A DNA stretch of 64,000 nucleotides from Eledone cirrhosa (GCA_964016885.1 OZ024740.1:273544001-273608000); one strand, 5' to 3'. Positions 27,009 to 40,476 are shown, numbered from the stretch's first letter. Translations and numbers: made by a program. The notes: generated from the letters alone by a model not told the origin.

Positions 27009-27318
27009 ACAATAATATTAATAATAATAATAATATTAATAATAATTTTCAATTATGTTTATAAACAATAATAATAATATTAATGATAATAATATTAATA
27101 ATAATTTTCAATTATGTTTATAAACAAAACAAACTTAGCTATAGCAAGAATAACAGTAATATCATTAACAACAATTATTGCGGTAGTATGAATTCCAAAA
27201 TCAGCCAGCTGCAATAATTGTATTAACTCTCAGATTAATTTTATTGGAGCAATCTTGCAAACCAATTAAGTAATATTGATACTTTAAAAATTAGCTAAAG
27301 GCCATATATATATATATG

Positions 27319-27483
<165 letters not shown>

Positions 27484-27572
27484 TTGTGTGTGTAATGTAA
27501 GACAAATGATCATGAATATTTATAATCATTATTTCGTAAATTTATATCTCTCCAGCTATCTATTCCTCGATT

Positions 27573-27609
<37 letters not shown>

Positions 27610-27612
<3 letters not shown>

Positions 27613-27759
27613 CGAGTAGGACCCCGACGGCTGAGCTCAAGCCGTTTCGACGGCTAATTCTGGACAGCTAATTCTGTTCCTATTACCCGCTCTACTACCC
27701 TAAGTATTGTGTACTTTGGTGCGTTATGGTCCACTTGGTTCCTTACCACATTTCCTTCG

Positions 27760-27760
<1 letters not shown>
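27610..27760. mobile_element. pLTR remnant (3' half of HHR on minus strand) of the family at 54254-54362; related remnants at 7475-7530 and 60630-60705
   Basis: gaacgagtaggaccccgacggctgagctcaagccgtttcgacggctaattctggac is the near reverse complement of 54305-54362; in (TA)n. Confidence 0.75.
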
Positions 27761-27804
<44 letters not shown>

Positions 27805-27874
27805 GTTTGTTAGTTTGCCTTTTCTTAGTAATAACCTAACACACATACACTCATATATATAAATATATATATAC

Positions 27875-27967
<93 letters not shown>

Positions 27968-28683
27968 ACTTACTTACTGTGGTTACCTCCGATTCAACCC
28001 GGAATAACGTATATATATATATATATATAAATACGCATATTTATATAAGTATATAAGTGTAAGATTTCTGTTGAATGCTGCAAAAATATAAATGTGGTAT
28101 GAAGACTTTTTAACGGACATTTACAAGCATACGATTCTAATTGTACACAAAGTTTATCACCATAACTGGATTGATAAACTAATTAAGTTCATTAAATTTG
28201 ATGCCTGCTTACTAGAAACAAAAGAATAAACATACAACTATATAATTATTAAATCATACAAGAAAATAAAGAAAAATGTAATGAAAAATACAACATCGGA
28301 AATGAGGGCTATTTATTACGAAATTGTGTACTTTTCATCAAAAGACTAATCAGTATTGAGTGTTAAGTTGTTGGATAGCAATACAGGCATAAATTGTAAA
28401 ACATTTTGTTTGTGGCCTTAGGATTATATCGTCTGCATAGTTTAATTGCTATTCTAGAGACTTCATTTTTATTGTGTTTAGTGTTGCTATTACAGTTACT
28501 GTGAATGTTTGTCTTTTTTTTTTGTTTTTGTTGTTTAACCACAGGTCAGCTCTGTTAGAGCATACATTGAAATATTCATTGCATGTTTGCAGGATCAAGG
28601 ATGTGGTGATAAAGAACAGCATATCGCTGGATTGGAGAAACAATGTCAGTGATCAATTTTTACTTCATTATATACATTCACAT

Positions 28684-28867
28684 CGGTGGATTGGCAGTAT
28701 CCGTAGAGGGTCGGACACCATGCTTTGACGCATAGAGTTACGGCCCTTGCTGAGTTCAAATCTCGCCGAGGTTAACTTTGCCTTGCATTCTTACTGGGTC
28801 GATTAAAAAAAGTACCAGTAATGTACTGGGGTAATTGCTGGCCTTGTGCCAAAAGTAGAAACAATTA
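28684..28867 (+). mobile_element. SINE family A
   Basis: A/B boxes, core and tail. Confidence 0.85.
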
Positions 28868-29049
28868 TATACATTCACAACTGCTGAAAACGAACTGATG
28901 TAGGAGCACTAAATCTGGTCAACACGATCTCGATCAGGTTAATTTCCGAACAAATAGATATGCCTACAGTTTTGCTGTAATGGACACTCGTCTTTCTTCC
29001 TGCAAGAGTATCTTGAATGTTGATGTGGTTTCTACTTTGAGGTCAGTGG

Positions 29050-30040
29050 GGATTTCATGTATGGGGCACAAGAATAGGAAACTCTCATTGGACATCGATT
29101 GAAGATCTTACTGTATTGTTGAGGGTAAAGTGCTTATCAATACGGTCTAAGAATTTCTTATCTATATTAGTTTCATATTTAGTGAGAAAGGAGGCCCGAA
29201 CCAGATTATTATTCTTTTTCAATTTTTACTTCTAGGAGGGTGTCTATTTGGCCTGTATTTGATCTGTTCCTGAAATTCAGGATCTCGGAGGGCTTTGGTA
29301 GAGTACGGCGCAATATTTTAAAATCTCGCTCTGCTGGATGATAAGTTCGAGATTCTACGGCTAATGTTGGGTACTAGAATTTTAAAAAACCGTATGTAGG
29401 TGGCATGTTGCTCTGTTGATGTATTTCGGCTCGTTCGGTTTATGACAGAGTTAATGCGTGCCGGTTGGTAGATGTAAGTATAAGATGAAAAAGTTTACAC
29501 TAATGATGTTCATGTCGACTCTAATTTTAAGGCCTAGAATACGAAAGGTATTTATCAGGTCTTTACGGAACTTGTTCATATCGTACCCGCTGCGGTCCTG
29601 GATTAGAGAAAGAGCGTAGTCGCAGAATATACCGATGGTGTAGTCGGGGAATTTCTGTTTAAGCGTATGAAGAATGTATAATCTTACAAGATTGCATATA
29701 TCCGCGCTGTCGTATGACCCTAGAGACATCGAATGGATCATCTGGGTAGGACATTTTTAACAAGGCAGTGTCATTGTTGAATAGAAGTACTTTTCGTGCG
29801 TGGTAAATAAGGTCGAGTTCTTTATTCCTGTACTCTCGAAGGTTCGAGTGATGTCTGCGACCTTGTCTAGTAGTGGATTAGTGATAGATGGGTAATAACC
29901 AGTTGTATCAAAGAGGGTGAACTTAGCTCTGTTTTTCGATGAAATGTTTTTGAACCAGGACATAACCGATGTGGTATTGTTACAGAGTAAAAGGCACATA
30001 TTGTTTATGATACGTGGCATCAAAACGACCACTTTACTGT
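29050..30040 (-). pseudogene. Penelope-like (Naiad-like) reverse transcriptase, decayed
   Basis: VMSWFKNI..K..AKFTLFDTTGYYPSIT; SLGSYDSADICNLVRLYIL; GIFCDYAL (decayed GLYRDDGL); HKPNEPKYIN; TNIDKKFLDRIDKHF. Confidence 0.8.
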
Positions 30041-30161
30041 GTGGACTAGGCGTAGGGATAGGGGATGTGTTTCTATGTAGGGCGGGGATTAGAGAGGTAA
30101 GTCTAGAGCGGGACTCTTAGCTGGTGAAGTCTTGCGCGTGTACATTATATTTTCTAAATGA

Positions 30162-30237
<76 letters not shown>

Positions 30238-30544
30238 TGAAACAAAATGAAAACGAAATTTCATTTCTCACTCTTAGTATGGCACTTACTTAAATGTAAG
30301 TATGCATGTATACGTACATACATATATGTATACAGACGTACAGTAGCATGTACATATATATATATATATATATACATATATACATACATATGCATACAGG
30401 TACACATACATATATGCACGTATCAGTTTAGCGGCGCTTATTATAACGTCGCTTTGTTCGTTTGTAAACAAACTGAACAGCCTGAATTTATGCCATACGG
30501 TGTTAAGGCAACCACGTCACCTTTTTGTTCAACACTGACACAGG

Positions 30545-30589
30545 AACGATGTACCAGTTTCAAGCTTGTTAGCTATCATCAGCACCGTT
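30545..30589 (-). ncRNA. Minimal type I hammerhead ribozyme (inverted copy)
   Basis: aacggtg-CTGATGA-tagctaacaagctt-GAAAC-tg-GTA^catcgtt. Confidence 0.78.
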
Positions 30590-30847
30590 TACCCATCTGC
30601 CAGATGGTTGAACGTTCGAAAGTATATACTTTCCTTATGAAAGTTAACGGCTGAGCAGCCTAATTTGCATAGTAAGTGCCATACTAAGAGTGAGAAATGA
30701 AATTTCGTTTTCATTTTGTTTCAATTTATCGTTTTCGGTATGCCTGACCGATTTAACTCACTCAATATGCAAATTAGGCTGCTCAGCCGTTAATTTTCAT
30801 AAGGAAAGTATATACTTTCGAACGTTCAACTCTCTGGCAGATGGGTA

Positions 30848-30892
30848 AACGGTGCTGATGATAGCTAACAAGCTTGAAACTAGTACATCGTT
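30848..30892 (+). ncRNA. Minimal type I hammerhead ribozyme, GUA site
   Basis: aacggtg-CTGATGA-tagctaacaagctt-GAAAC-ta-GTA^catcgtt; palindromic ACTAGT stem III. Confidence 0.85.
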
Positions 30893-31140
30893 CCTGTGTC
30901 AGTGTTGAACAAAAAGGTGACGTGGTTGCCTTAACACCGTATGGCATAAATTCAGGCTGTTCAGTTTGTTTACAAACGAACAAAGCGACGTTATAATAAG
31001 CGCCGCTAAACTGATACGTGCATATATGTATGTGTACCTGTATGCATATGTATGTATATATGTATATATATATATATATGTGCATGCTACTGTACGTCTG
31101 TATACATATATGTATGTACGTATACATGCATACTTACATT

Positions 31141-31164
<24 letters not shown>

Positions 31165-31173
<9 letters not shown>

Positions 31174-31350
31174 AATGGCTTCTACTGGACTAGAACTGTT
31201 TCATTCGGAGGAAATCATCTGATGATTTCTTCCAAATTAAACCGGGCTAGTCCTGTAGAAGCCATTTCTATATTATATATTTATACTCTGCTATGTATTG
31301 AGTCCCTTACTAACTGTGGTTACCCCCAATTGAACCCGGAATAAACATAT
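31165..31350. mobile_element. Family X mini-element, hairpin form centred at 31220
   Basis: gaaatggcttctac...tcatc-t-gatga...gtagaagccatttc, then tail tactctgctatgtattgagt...actgtggttacc. Confidence 0.8.
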
Positions 31351-31417
31351 ATATAGAGAGAGAGAAAGAAAGAGAGAGAGAGAGAGGGAGAGAGAGAGAG
31401 GGAGAGAGAGAGAGAGG

Positions 31418-31479
<62 letters not shown>

Positions 31480-31979
31480 TTAAATTCGCGGAAAAAATAA
31501 TTAAGTACAGAAATAATATAATATTGAAAATGTTATCAATTTTAGTGATAAATTTCTAAGACAAATTCTATTAACAGTAAATATGAATATAGTAATTGGG
31601 ATTTGTCTACAATTGAAGAAATAATTTAGTTATTCTCCTTATTGCTTCTCCTTTAGTTAACATGTACATGGTTATGCATGAATACTAAATTTGCAAAAAT
31701 TCTTCATAGAAGAACAAAATGAAATCTTCCTTGTGAAATAGAATTCATACAGAATATTAATATGTAAACTTATAGAGCTGTTTTCACTTGAAAAACTGAC
31801 AATTCTTGTAAGTAGATGATGTTATATTCTATTGAATTAATCCCAGTCCATTACTGGTATTGTTCAGATGTAAAGTGAGAGGAATATAGGAAATTAAATG
31901 TAATTTTCTTTTAGGAAACTTCAATGTTTTAGGTCAATCAGAATTATTGTCGTTTATTAAATCAGTTTCTCTCTCTCTC

Positions 31980-32082
<103 letters not shown>

Positions 32083-32239
32083 GGGTGTGTGTGTGTGGGG
32101 GGGGGAGTGTGTGGTGTGTGCTTGTGTGTGTGTAGAATATATATAGATAGATAGATTGTGAGTTAACTGCTAGACTACTAAGACCATATTCTATGTACTC
32201 GATCCCTGTTTAAGTTGAGTGTATGTATAATGAAACTTT

Positions 32240-32340
32240 AGTGCTCGACGGCTGAACTGATGCCGTTTCAGCTGTGAGAGTATAACAGAAATATGTAATC
32301 GTTTCGACGGAATTCTATACGCTGATCCTTCAAGTGTAGG
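32240..32340 (-). mobile_element. Decayed HHR-bearing pLTR related to the 54254 family
   Basis: Minus strand ttgaagg-atcagc...agct-GAAAC-ggcatcagttcagcc-GTC^gag. Confidence 0.45.
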
Positions 32341-34569
32341 GCTTTGTGTGTGTGTGTGTATGTGTGGGGGGCTTAAGTGGAGAAAAGTATGTACTAAAGA
32401 GAGGAAAATTATTGAAGGTACTAAAACTATCGGTGGGAGCTTTGGCCAATAGTCTCACAGTCGCGCAGTAATGTCGCGACATATGTGTCCATGTGTGCGG
32501 CGCAGTCCTGGGTCTTTCATTTATGTATTAATTACCACCATTTAGTTGTGTGTACATGCGTAAGTGTACGTATGTGTGGAGTTGTGAAGTTGTGCGTTCG
32601 CTATGTGATGGTCGATGGGTGGGGATAGCTAACATTTGGGAAGGAACGAAACTGCTACAGTGTCGAAAATGAGGCGAGGTATTCCATGGTTGAGATGAAA
32701 ATTCAGTGTAATAAGTATTATTTCTTGAGCTGTTGAGACAATGTCATGTGAGTGTATTACCCCCTGGTGTGTATGTGGTGTATGTGTATGTATGTGCCCG
32801 TGCGTGTAGCATTCTGGTGCTCGTCATTGTAGGTTGGGATAGTGGTGTGCGTTCTCGATCCGGTGGTGTATTCATGTGTGTACAAGAAAAGAAAAGAGTG
32901 GCATAAAAGGTTTAGGGAGTATTTTGTGTCTTTACTTGGGTGTGTGTAATAGATGTATGTCCATGTGCGCTCTGCTCAAGTGTGGTTCATTTACATTTGT
33001 TCGTTTTAGTAGTGATGTAGCTGTGTAATCATTCTGTCTGTTTGCGTGCACAAATACAAATTTACAAAATATCCACACACTCCCATGCACCACTCCACCC
33101 TCCCACACACCCACAAGCACAGCCACATAGCCAAAACGCACACTCGTTGATCTTAAAGCAAGTCACTACACGCCGACGGGCGTACATACGCACTCACTTA
33201 TTCACCGTTCAAGCACCCACTCCCGCGCAAACCCATCCCTTTTCCTCCGAAAACAGGAACAAAAAGTATCACACTGACAAACCTTCGTACACACACGTAC
33301 GCTGTGTGGGTCAGATTTGAGGGTCCCGTGTGTCATGTGAATATTTTCTTGCTGTTTCGGCTGGTTGTTGAGCATGCAATCTGGCACGACACCGGTAAGT
33401 GTGCCAAGCGATGGTGTTGATTTTGGCTTCGGGTAGCGTGAGCATGTTCCCGACGTGAATACTCGCTCCCGTTTCTTGTTGCTTGTGTACCGCGCCAGTA
33501 GGTGGGAGGGGAGCATGTGCCTGTGTAGGTCTACGTATAAAGTACTTGTTAAATTGTATAGTAATTAAATGTAATAGTAGTTAAAATAGTAGTTAAATGT
33601 ATCAGTAGTTAAAATGGTAGTTAAATTTAAGTCAAACTAAAGTAAATAGAATCAATATCCATTAAATTATGATGATTTTTTGTACCCATGAATCTCTCTC
33701 CCCATCTCTCTCTCGTTCTCTCTCTATCTATCTATCTCTTTATCTACCTATCTATCTATCTAATTATCTGTTCGTCTGTCAGCCAACATTTGGATGGCTG
33801 TTGAGACTTGTGCTTTTTTACTGTTATTATCGTTCTTTTCGAAGATAGATACATAGGTAATAAACAGATCATAGATTCATAAACAGATAGGCATAATTGA
33901 AAGACAAACTGATGGACATATAAGCAAGCAGACAGACAGAGAGACAGATAAACAGAAATGTAGATAGATATTATAGATTGACAAACGGAGTTGTTTTAAT
34001 TGTCTGATGATTTCTATAGGCAAAGATAAATGAATGTATACGTATATTCATTTATCCTTTTTTGCGTTGTATTCTCCATATTGTCTGTAATTGTCCCCTA
34101 AGTTTAACGACTGGTTTTCTTATATTGGAATAAGAGAATGTTCCTTCCTGTCTATCTATAATTTTATTCAAGGTAAATATGCACTCGTTTTCTGTGCGTC
34201 GTCCCGCATGTTGTTCATTATTTCAAACCGACACATTCGTTATTTAGATGTACCATCGACGTAGAATTCTAAGCTTTGTTTTCCCGCCGTTTATCACACG
34301 AACACGCATGAACATTGTAATATTTCCTTGTTATTGTTGTTTGTCACGTTTGCTATTTTTTCGTTGGTGGACTGTTCCATTCATTCGTGTTTTGTACCAT
34401 TTTACATTCATTCTGTCATATTTGATTGATATATGTTATTTACAAAGGCCATGCTTGAGTATTGTTACGCCGGATTCCCGATGTATATCGTGAGGTGACC
34501 ACAATTATAAAAGTAGTCACTATGTTAGACGATATATACGCATCTTTATATTATTATAAAAATAAAATT

Positions 34570-34670
34570 TGTGGGACTAGAAATGTTTCATTCATAAGAA
34601 ATAACGAGGAACCACAAGATGATTTCTTACGAATGAAACTGTTCTAGTCCCGTAGAAGTCATTTCTACAA
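34570..34670. mobile_element. Family X mini-element, decayed hairpin
   Basis: gggactagaa...tttcattc / gatgatttcttacgaatgaaactgttctagtcccgtagaag. Confidence 0.7.
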
Positions 34671-34775
34671 TATATATATATATATATATAAGCTTTCACC
34701 GTAATTTTTACTAAAGACATTTTTAGCATGATAGTGGGGTTTAGAACCCTCAGAGAAATGGAAAAAGATGAGTAT

Positions 34776-34846
34776 TGATGTACATGGGAGTCGAACCCAC
34801 ATCTTTGGTTATCCAGACCACTGTGCTACCATTACACCAACACATC
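34776..34846 (-). tRNA. tRNA-like sequence (inverted copy), anticodon position GGA
   Basis: Reverse complement of 35218-35288 with one variable-loop difference. Confidence 0.5.
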
Positions 34847-35217
34847 ACCCATCTCCTTCCATTCAAATTTGAAGCTACATTCTTAGCAAGTAAATGACAA
34901 GTAAGTATGTTTTGAAACAGTGAGCGAGTTTGAAATTAGAAATATAACCTTTCACCGTATTTTTTACTAAAGAAATTTTTAGCATGATAGTGGGGTTTAG
35001 AACGCTCAGAGAAATGGAAAAAGATGAGTATTGACGTACATGGGAGTTGAAATAAACAACTTTGGTTATCACACTATCAGGCTAAAAATGTATTTAGTCA
35101 AAGATACGGTGAAAGCTTATATTTCTAATTTCAAACTCGCTCACGGTTTCAAAACATACTTACTTGTCATTTACTTGCTAAGAATGTAGCTTCTAATTTG
35201 AATGGAAGGAGATGGGT

Positions 35218-35288
35218 GATGTGTTGGTGTAATGGTAGCACAGTGGTCTGGATAACCAAAAATGTGGGTTCGACTCCCATGTACATCA
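35218..35288 (+). tRNA. tRNA-like cloverleaf (71 nt), anticodon position GGA, short variable arm; probably a Pol III cassette rather than a decoder
   Basis: Acceptor gatgtgt/gtacatc; D arm gtgt-aatggta-gcac; anticodon arm tggt-ctGGAta-acca; T arm gtggg-ttcgact-cccat; TTTTT at 35298-35302. Confidence 0.55.
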
Positions 35289-35420
35289 ATACTCATCTTT
35301 TTCCATTTCTCTGAGGATTCTAAACCCCACTATCAGGCTAAAAATGTTTTTAGTTAAAAATACGGTGAAAGCTTATATTTATAATTTCAAACTCGCTCAC
35401 TGTTTCAAAACATACTTACT

Positions 35421-35477
<57 letters not shown>

Positions 35478-35481
35478 ATGT

Positions 35482-35661
35482 GTCCCGAGTTCAATAGGGG
35501 GTAACCACAGTATGTAAGGTACTCAATACATAGCAGAGTATACATATTTAATACAGAAATGGCTTCTACAGGACTAGAACTGTTTCATTCCAAGGATAAC
35601 ATCAGGAAAGCCCCTGATGATTTCCTTCGAATGAAACAGTTCTAGTCCTGTAGAAGCCATT

Positions 35662-35670
<9 letters not shown>
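35482..35670. mobile_element. Family X mini-element, hairpin form with back-to-back HHR motifs
   Basis: CTGATGA(35614)-tttccttcgaat-GAAACAG-ttctagtc-CTGTA^gaagc and inverted copy 35562-35610. Confidence 0.82.
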
Positions 35671-35711
<41 letters not shown>

Positions 35712-35804
35712 ATACCTTACTTTGGGGTGTAAAATAAGAGAATATATATATATAGAGAGAGAGAGAGAAAGAGAGAGAAAGGGAATGTGAGATAGAAAAG
35801 GTGG

Positions 35805-35945
35805 TCGGGGTTAAGCGTCTGTCACGGTTGAGTAAACATAGGGAATCAATAGCTTGCCTTTTTGTGATTAAGGATTCAAGAGCTCTAGTGACTTTAGTCA
35901 AAGATGAAATGTTCATGTTACTCATGTTTCTTCTGATGAAGTTAA
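35805..35945 (-). pseudogene. Possible PLE GIY-YIG C-terminal remnant
   Basis: TRALESLIT...LLNRDRRL resembles RxxLESxxI...LNRDxG. Confidence 0.3.
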
Positions 35946-35994
35946 TCGAGTGAGGAAAATAGAGTCCTGTTTTGAAATTCCCTCTCTCTCCCCC

Positions 35995-36025
<31 letters not shown>

Positions 36026-36067
36026 GTCTCTCTCTGTCTCTCTTTTTTCTCTCTCACACTCTTTCTT

Positions 36068-36101
<34 letters not shown>

Positions 36102-36721
36102 ATACACCCACTCAAACACTTAAACACACTGACACACTGCACACATATAGATTTCACAATTCCCCTGGCGTGTTCATATATATGCATGTATACATGCTTA
36201 TATGAAATGTATAATTTCAAAGTTAATTTGTTTAAATGGATTCATATGAAAAAAGGAAGAAAAAAAGAAATATCGAAAATCTATTAGTTTTTAGTCAGTC
36301 TAGTGTGTAATACAAATGTCCCCAAATGTGAATAAAACTAAAAACTTAGGAAGTTCAGTGAACAATATAGATAGATGATATATACATAAGTAAAAATAAA
36401 CTAAAGAGTAAAAACTTAAATAAATCTAAAATACAATGAGTGGTCTAATGGGATTAGTAAACTGTCTCATATCATGTATCTGTAACTTTGATTGGAATTT
36501 TTGCAGGTCTATTGTATTTTTTTAATTCCATTGTTTATTGTATTTCGTTATATATTTTTTTATTTTGTGGCGCTTTCTATGTTAACTGTTATTTGTTTTA
36601 TTTTTCTTATGGTTTTTAAAATCTTTTCTGTCAGATTTTATCCGAATGTCCATCTTGATTAAAAAAAAAAACAACACCTAAAAGATGGTCAACAGAGATA
36701 TCTCTCCCCTGTTACTCTCTC

Positions 36722-36793
<72 letters not shown>

Positions 36794-37504
36794 CATCTCC
36801 ATCTCCCCCTCTCTCTATCTCTCTCTTTATATCTCTCTCTCTCACTCTCACTCTCTCGTTTTCGCTCTCTCTCTCACGATCTATCTCCGGCGTTCTTTTA
36901 TTCTCTGTTTACTATTCCCCTTTCCTCTTATGCTTTCACTTCACTTTTCCACACACTGGGAGTTATCACAACAAGGAGGTTTCTATGTGAGTTATTCTGA
37001 TTGACAGAAACGTCTCTAGAAAATTGTAAGCTGGCATTGATTTCTTGAGCCTACGGCGCAGATTTGTTTAATGTAGTATTATATTTTTACAAACTACAAT
37101 GTTCAAGGGTCTCAGTCATGTTTCTGTAACTTTCTTTTACTTATATATAACAGTATTAGATGAAACAGGAGAATTCACACAAACACACAGCTGTTGGTGA
37201 CAGAGTTTGAACTCAGAATATAAATCACTGAAGTTTTCCAACGTAAGGTCTTATATACTCTCCATTATTTCGGTTGATTTCTTTTAGGGATAGCAAAATC
37301 AAATGACAATCAGTCAAATACTGTTCAGTATATGTAGTATGCGGAACTGGAATATACATGATGCACCCATTAATATGTCACATTTAACTGTATGATACGC
37401 TTCCATAAAATAAATTCAGTGTTGCCATTAATACGTTTACAAACTGCATAAATTCCATTTGATGCCACCTCCGTATTTATCTGAAACAATATGATTTTCT
37501 CAAT

Positions 37505-37850
37505 TGCATTATAGGGTTGTGGAAAAAGTATATTATGGGTTTTTTCACAACGTTTTAAGAAAACAGATATATGGTTTTGTGGAAGTAAATTCACAGTATT
37601 GTTTGAAAATAATTATAGAATGTGTCACATTGATTAGGAGGTTTAAGTCACAATATCCACAGGGTTTTGTTACAATTATTATATGGTTTTAACAAAATGT
37701 GTGTAGGGCTTTGGATCATTTAATTATATGGGTTTTTCAAAAGAATTTAGGGTTTTAGTCAAACAAAATAGAGGAATTTGTGCATGTAATTAAAGGGTCT
37801 TGTCACAATAATTATAGGGTTTTGGTGAAAATAATTATTGGGTTTTTCTG
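37505..37850. repeat. Decayed minisatellite, about 23-bp unit (attatagggttttgtcacaata-like)
   Basis: Recurring attat-aggg/tggg-tttt motifs at regular spacing. Confidence 0.55.
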
Positions 37851-37929
37851 TTGTATATGTGAGCAGTGGTTAATCACTCAGACGCTGAGGTTACAAGAGA
37901 AGTTAAATAGCTGAAATGTGACAAAGTCG

Positions 37930-39185
37930 TGGGGTAGACGTAATGTGGCCAGAGAGGTGAAAAGGTATATGACTGCATTCCACGGAAGCTGCTATGGAAG
38001 TATGGGATCGATCGTCAGCTTCTTGCTGCTCTGATGTCCCTATACGAAAGCACGAGTATTTGTGTTCGGGTAAATGATGCTAAATCGAAACCATTCAATA
38101 TGGGCTCCAGATCCGCCAAGGGTACGTGCTGTGAAGTTTCCTGTTCATCATCCACAACCGGGTTGGAAGTAATATCACGACTGGCGGGTCTAAAATGTGT
38201 TGTTCGGAAATTGCAGATAATATGGTATTACTTAACTCGACAAAAGGTGATCTCCGACTTGCACTTGATAGGTTTGATATCAAGTGCTGCATCGCTGGAA
38301 TCAATGTAAATCACTGCTGAGAAAACTGAGACAATCGTCCTCTCAAAGAAACCTGCGCAGGGAACTCTACATGTGAAGAGAGTTCCACTGAAGCAGGCGG
38401 AGTAGTTCAAGTATCTCCGGTCAATTTTCACGAGCATTGATGGGAGGAAAGACGCTCAATTAAATGCAAGAATTGCATGGGCTGGTGATATATAATTGTT
38501 TCTATTTTTGGCACAAGGCCAGCAATTAACCAGTACATTACTGGTACTTTATTTTATCGCCCCCGGTAAGCATGAAAGGCAAAGTTAACCTCGGCGGGAT
38601 TTGAACTCAGATCATAAAGGGACGTAACTCTATGCTTCAAAGCATGGTGTCCGACTCTCTACCGATACTGCCATGCGCTAGCTTCAGCATTCGGTAATCA
38701 CAAGAAGCGAGGTAGGTTGTAAAAGCTAAACTCGCTATTTTCGATTCGGCAGTCCTGTCAACCCTTAACTATTGTTATGAATCTTGGGTAATGATCGAAA
38801 GAATACGATATCGAATTCAACCGGCCGAAATAGTGTTCCTCTGAAGGATCTTTAGAGTAACGTTACTCGATAGAATGCGTAGCACAGATCAGAGAGCCAC
38901 TGCAGTAGGGCCGATACTTGTCCTTATGAGAGATCACACTTTCGATACTATGCGCATGTGTTTAGAATGTCTTAGGAAAGAATCGCTGTACAGATTTAAC
39001 GGACAAATCCAAACGGTAGATGACCCAGGAGTAAAGACCGAGGAAGATAGTAGGATAACATGCATCAGGTTGGCTGGTGCCGCAAGGGGAGCCAGCCTTA
39101 TAAATTGGAGACGGTTGCTTCTGAGAGAACCCGCTGAAAGGAGTGTTTGAGGACTCTTCCCCCACGACCATCTCAAGAAGAAGAA
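37930..39185 (+). mobile_element. 5'-truncated decayed RTE LINE interrupted by a SINE; (GAA)n tail
   Basis: YDCIPRKLLW..YGIDRQLLAALMSLYESTSICVRVN..KSKPF; LKQAE*FKYL; C-terminal region similar to 55470-56130. Confidence 0.8.
38493..38673 (-). mobile_element. SINE family A inserted in the RTE
   Basis: Full family A sequence, reverse complemented. Confidence 0.88.
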
Positions 39186-39199
39186 GAAGAGAAGGTGAG

Positions 39200-39330
39200 A
39201 AAGAGGGCGTGGTGGAGAAAAGACATATGACTGAATGTTTAGTGTCTTAGTGTGTTCGCATCTCGAGCGTTAAATTACGAATTCGATTTCCAGTGGCGCG
39301 TTGTGTCCTTGAACAAAACATTATATATCA
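39200..39330 (+). mobile_element. Decayed CORE-like SINE head; paralogue at 58440-58625 (-)
   Basis: actgaatgtttagtgtcttagtg...ctcgagcgttaaatta...ccagtggcg.gttgtgtccttga.caaaaca shared. Confidence 0.6.
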
Positions 39331-39443
39331 AGAAGAAGAAGAAGAAGAAGAAGAAGAAGCAGAAGAAGAAGAAGAAGAAGAAGAAGAAGAAGAAGAAGAA
39401 GAAGAAGAAGAAGAAGAAGAAGAAGAAGAAGAAGAAGAAGAAG
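39330..39443. repeat. (GAA)n microsatellite
   Basis: Direct reading. Confidence 0.95.
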
Positions 39444-39697
39444 ATACACATAACAGTTTGAGGTACCACAATCTAACTGAATACTAAACATCTAAACATA
39501 TGCCATCATTAATGAGATATCTTCTTCTTCTTCTTCTTCTTCTAGATGTGCATGATTTGTTGGCCTGGAAGCAATAAATAATAAAGGCTACCAAATAAAA
39601 TATCTATTAATCACTTTTTTCTCTTGTTCTTTCTCTCCCCCTCTCTCTACACTCCGTCATCTCTCTCTCTCTCTCTCTCACTCTGTATATATATACT

Positions 39698-39860
39698 TAT
39701 ATATTCATTTCATTGGGGATAAATAGTGAATCTTGTTATTATTTGTCTGCTTGCGCTGAAAATCCAGAGTAACAAGAATCACTATTTAGCCTTAATAAAA
39801 TGAATATATAAACTCTACTTCGGTATTGAGTACACTTTTCTCTCGGCTACCAACTATATA
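39698..39860. repeat. Small diverged hairpin with family X-like tail, between TA-rich flanks
   Basis: atatattcattt...aaatagtga.tcttgtta versus taacaaga.tcactattt...aaatgaatatat, then actctacttcggtattgagtac. Confidence 0.55.
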
Positions 39861-40379
39861 CGCATATAATTATATGTATATATACATATACCTAGTCGGC
39901 AACTTTAAAATCTTAATGTCACGAATCCCTATTTTCATCTAGTTTCGTGTACAAATTAATGTTCCTTAGTTATTCATAAGTGTTTGTGAAGAAATTATGT
40001 TTTAGTTCAGAATTTGTAAACAATTCAGTAGAGCCATTAAAGCAATATACTTCTTTTGGCTAATTAGTGACTGCATCAACTTCTGTTAAATTCTATAGTT
40101 TCTTTTTTCACCTTCTTTCTCGTTTTTCTTTTCACATTGAATCGAACTAGTATTAAAATGGATAAATGAGAGGACGTGATTTCTTCCTTTATATTTTAAT
40201 TTTATCATTCCATATAGGATTTTCTGTTTTTGTAACATGTTTTTGTATATTCTCACATGTGTAGTTGTGTGTGTAGTCTAGGTTATATGCAATGTATATA
40301 GACATACACACACAGATACAGAGATTTATATATAAACACATATATATATATATATATACACACAGACAGACACACACAC

Positions 40380-40430
<51 letters not shown>

Positions 40431-40476
40431 TAGAGGTTCATATAAATATATATATGTATATATATGTGTGTATCTT

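Larger units (their letters stand above)
30233..31143. mobile_element. Retrozyme-like element: inverted and circularly permuted copies of an about 470-bp unit, in (TA)n
   Basis: Order B'(30233-30289) A'(30291-30671) | B(30672-30727) C A(30765-31143). Confidence 0.85.
34691..35420. mobile_element. Inverted plus tandem array of a 256-bp unit carrying a tRNA-like cassette, in (TA)n
   Basis: About 1.5 units on minus (34691-35070) fused to about 1.4 units on plus (35072-35420). Confidence 0.85.

Noticed and set aside
35218-35288. Functional tRNA-Ser(GGA)
   Set aside because: No long variable arm, mismatch at the top of the anticodon stem, two G-U pairs in the acceptor, and it lies in a mobile repeat
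37505-37850. CRISPR-like or telomeric array
   Set aside because: Decayed minisatellite with no constant repeat-spacer structure or TTAGGG runs
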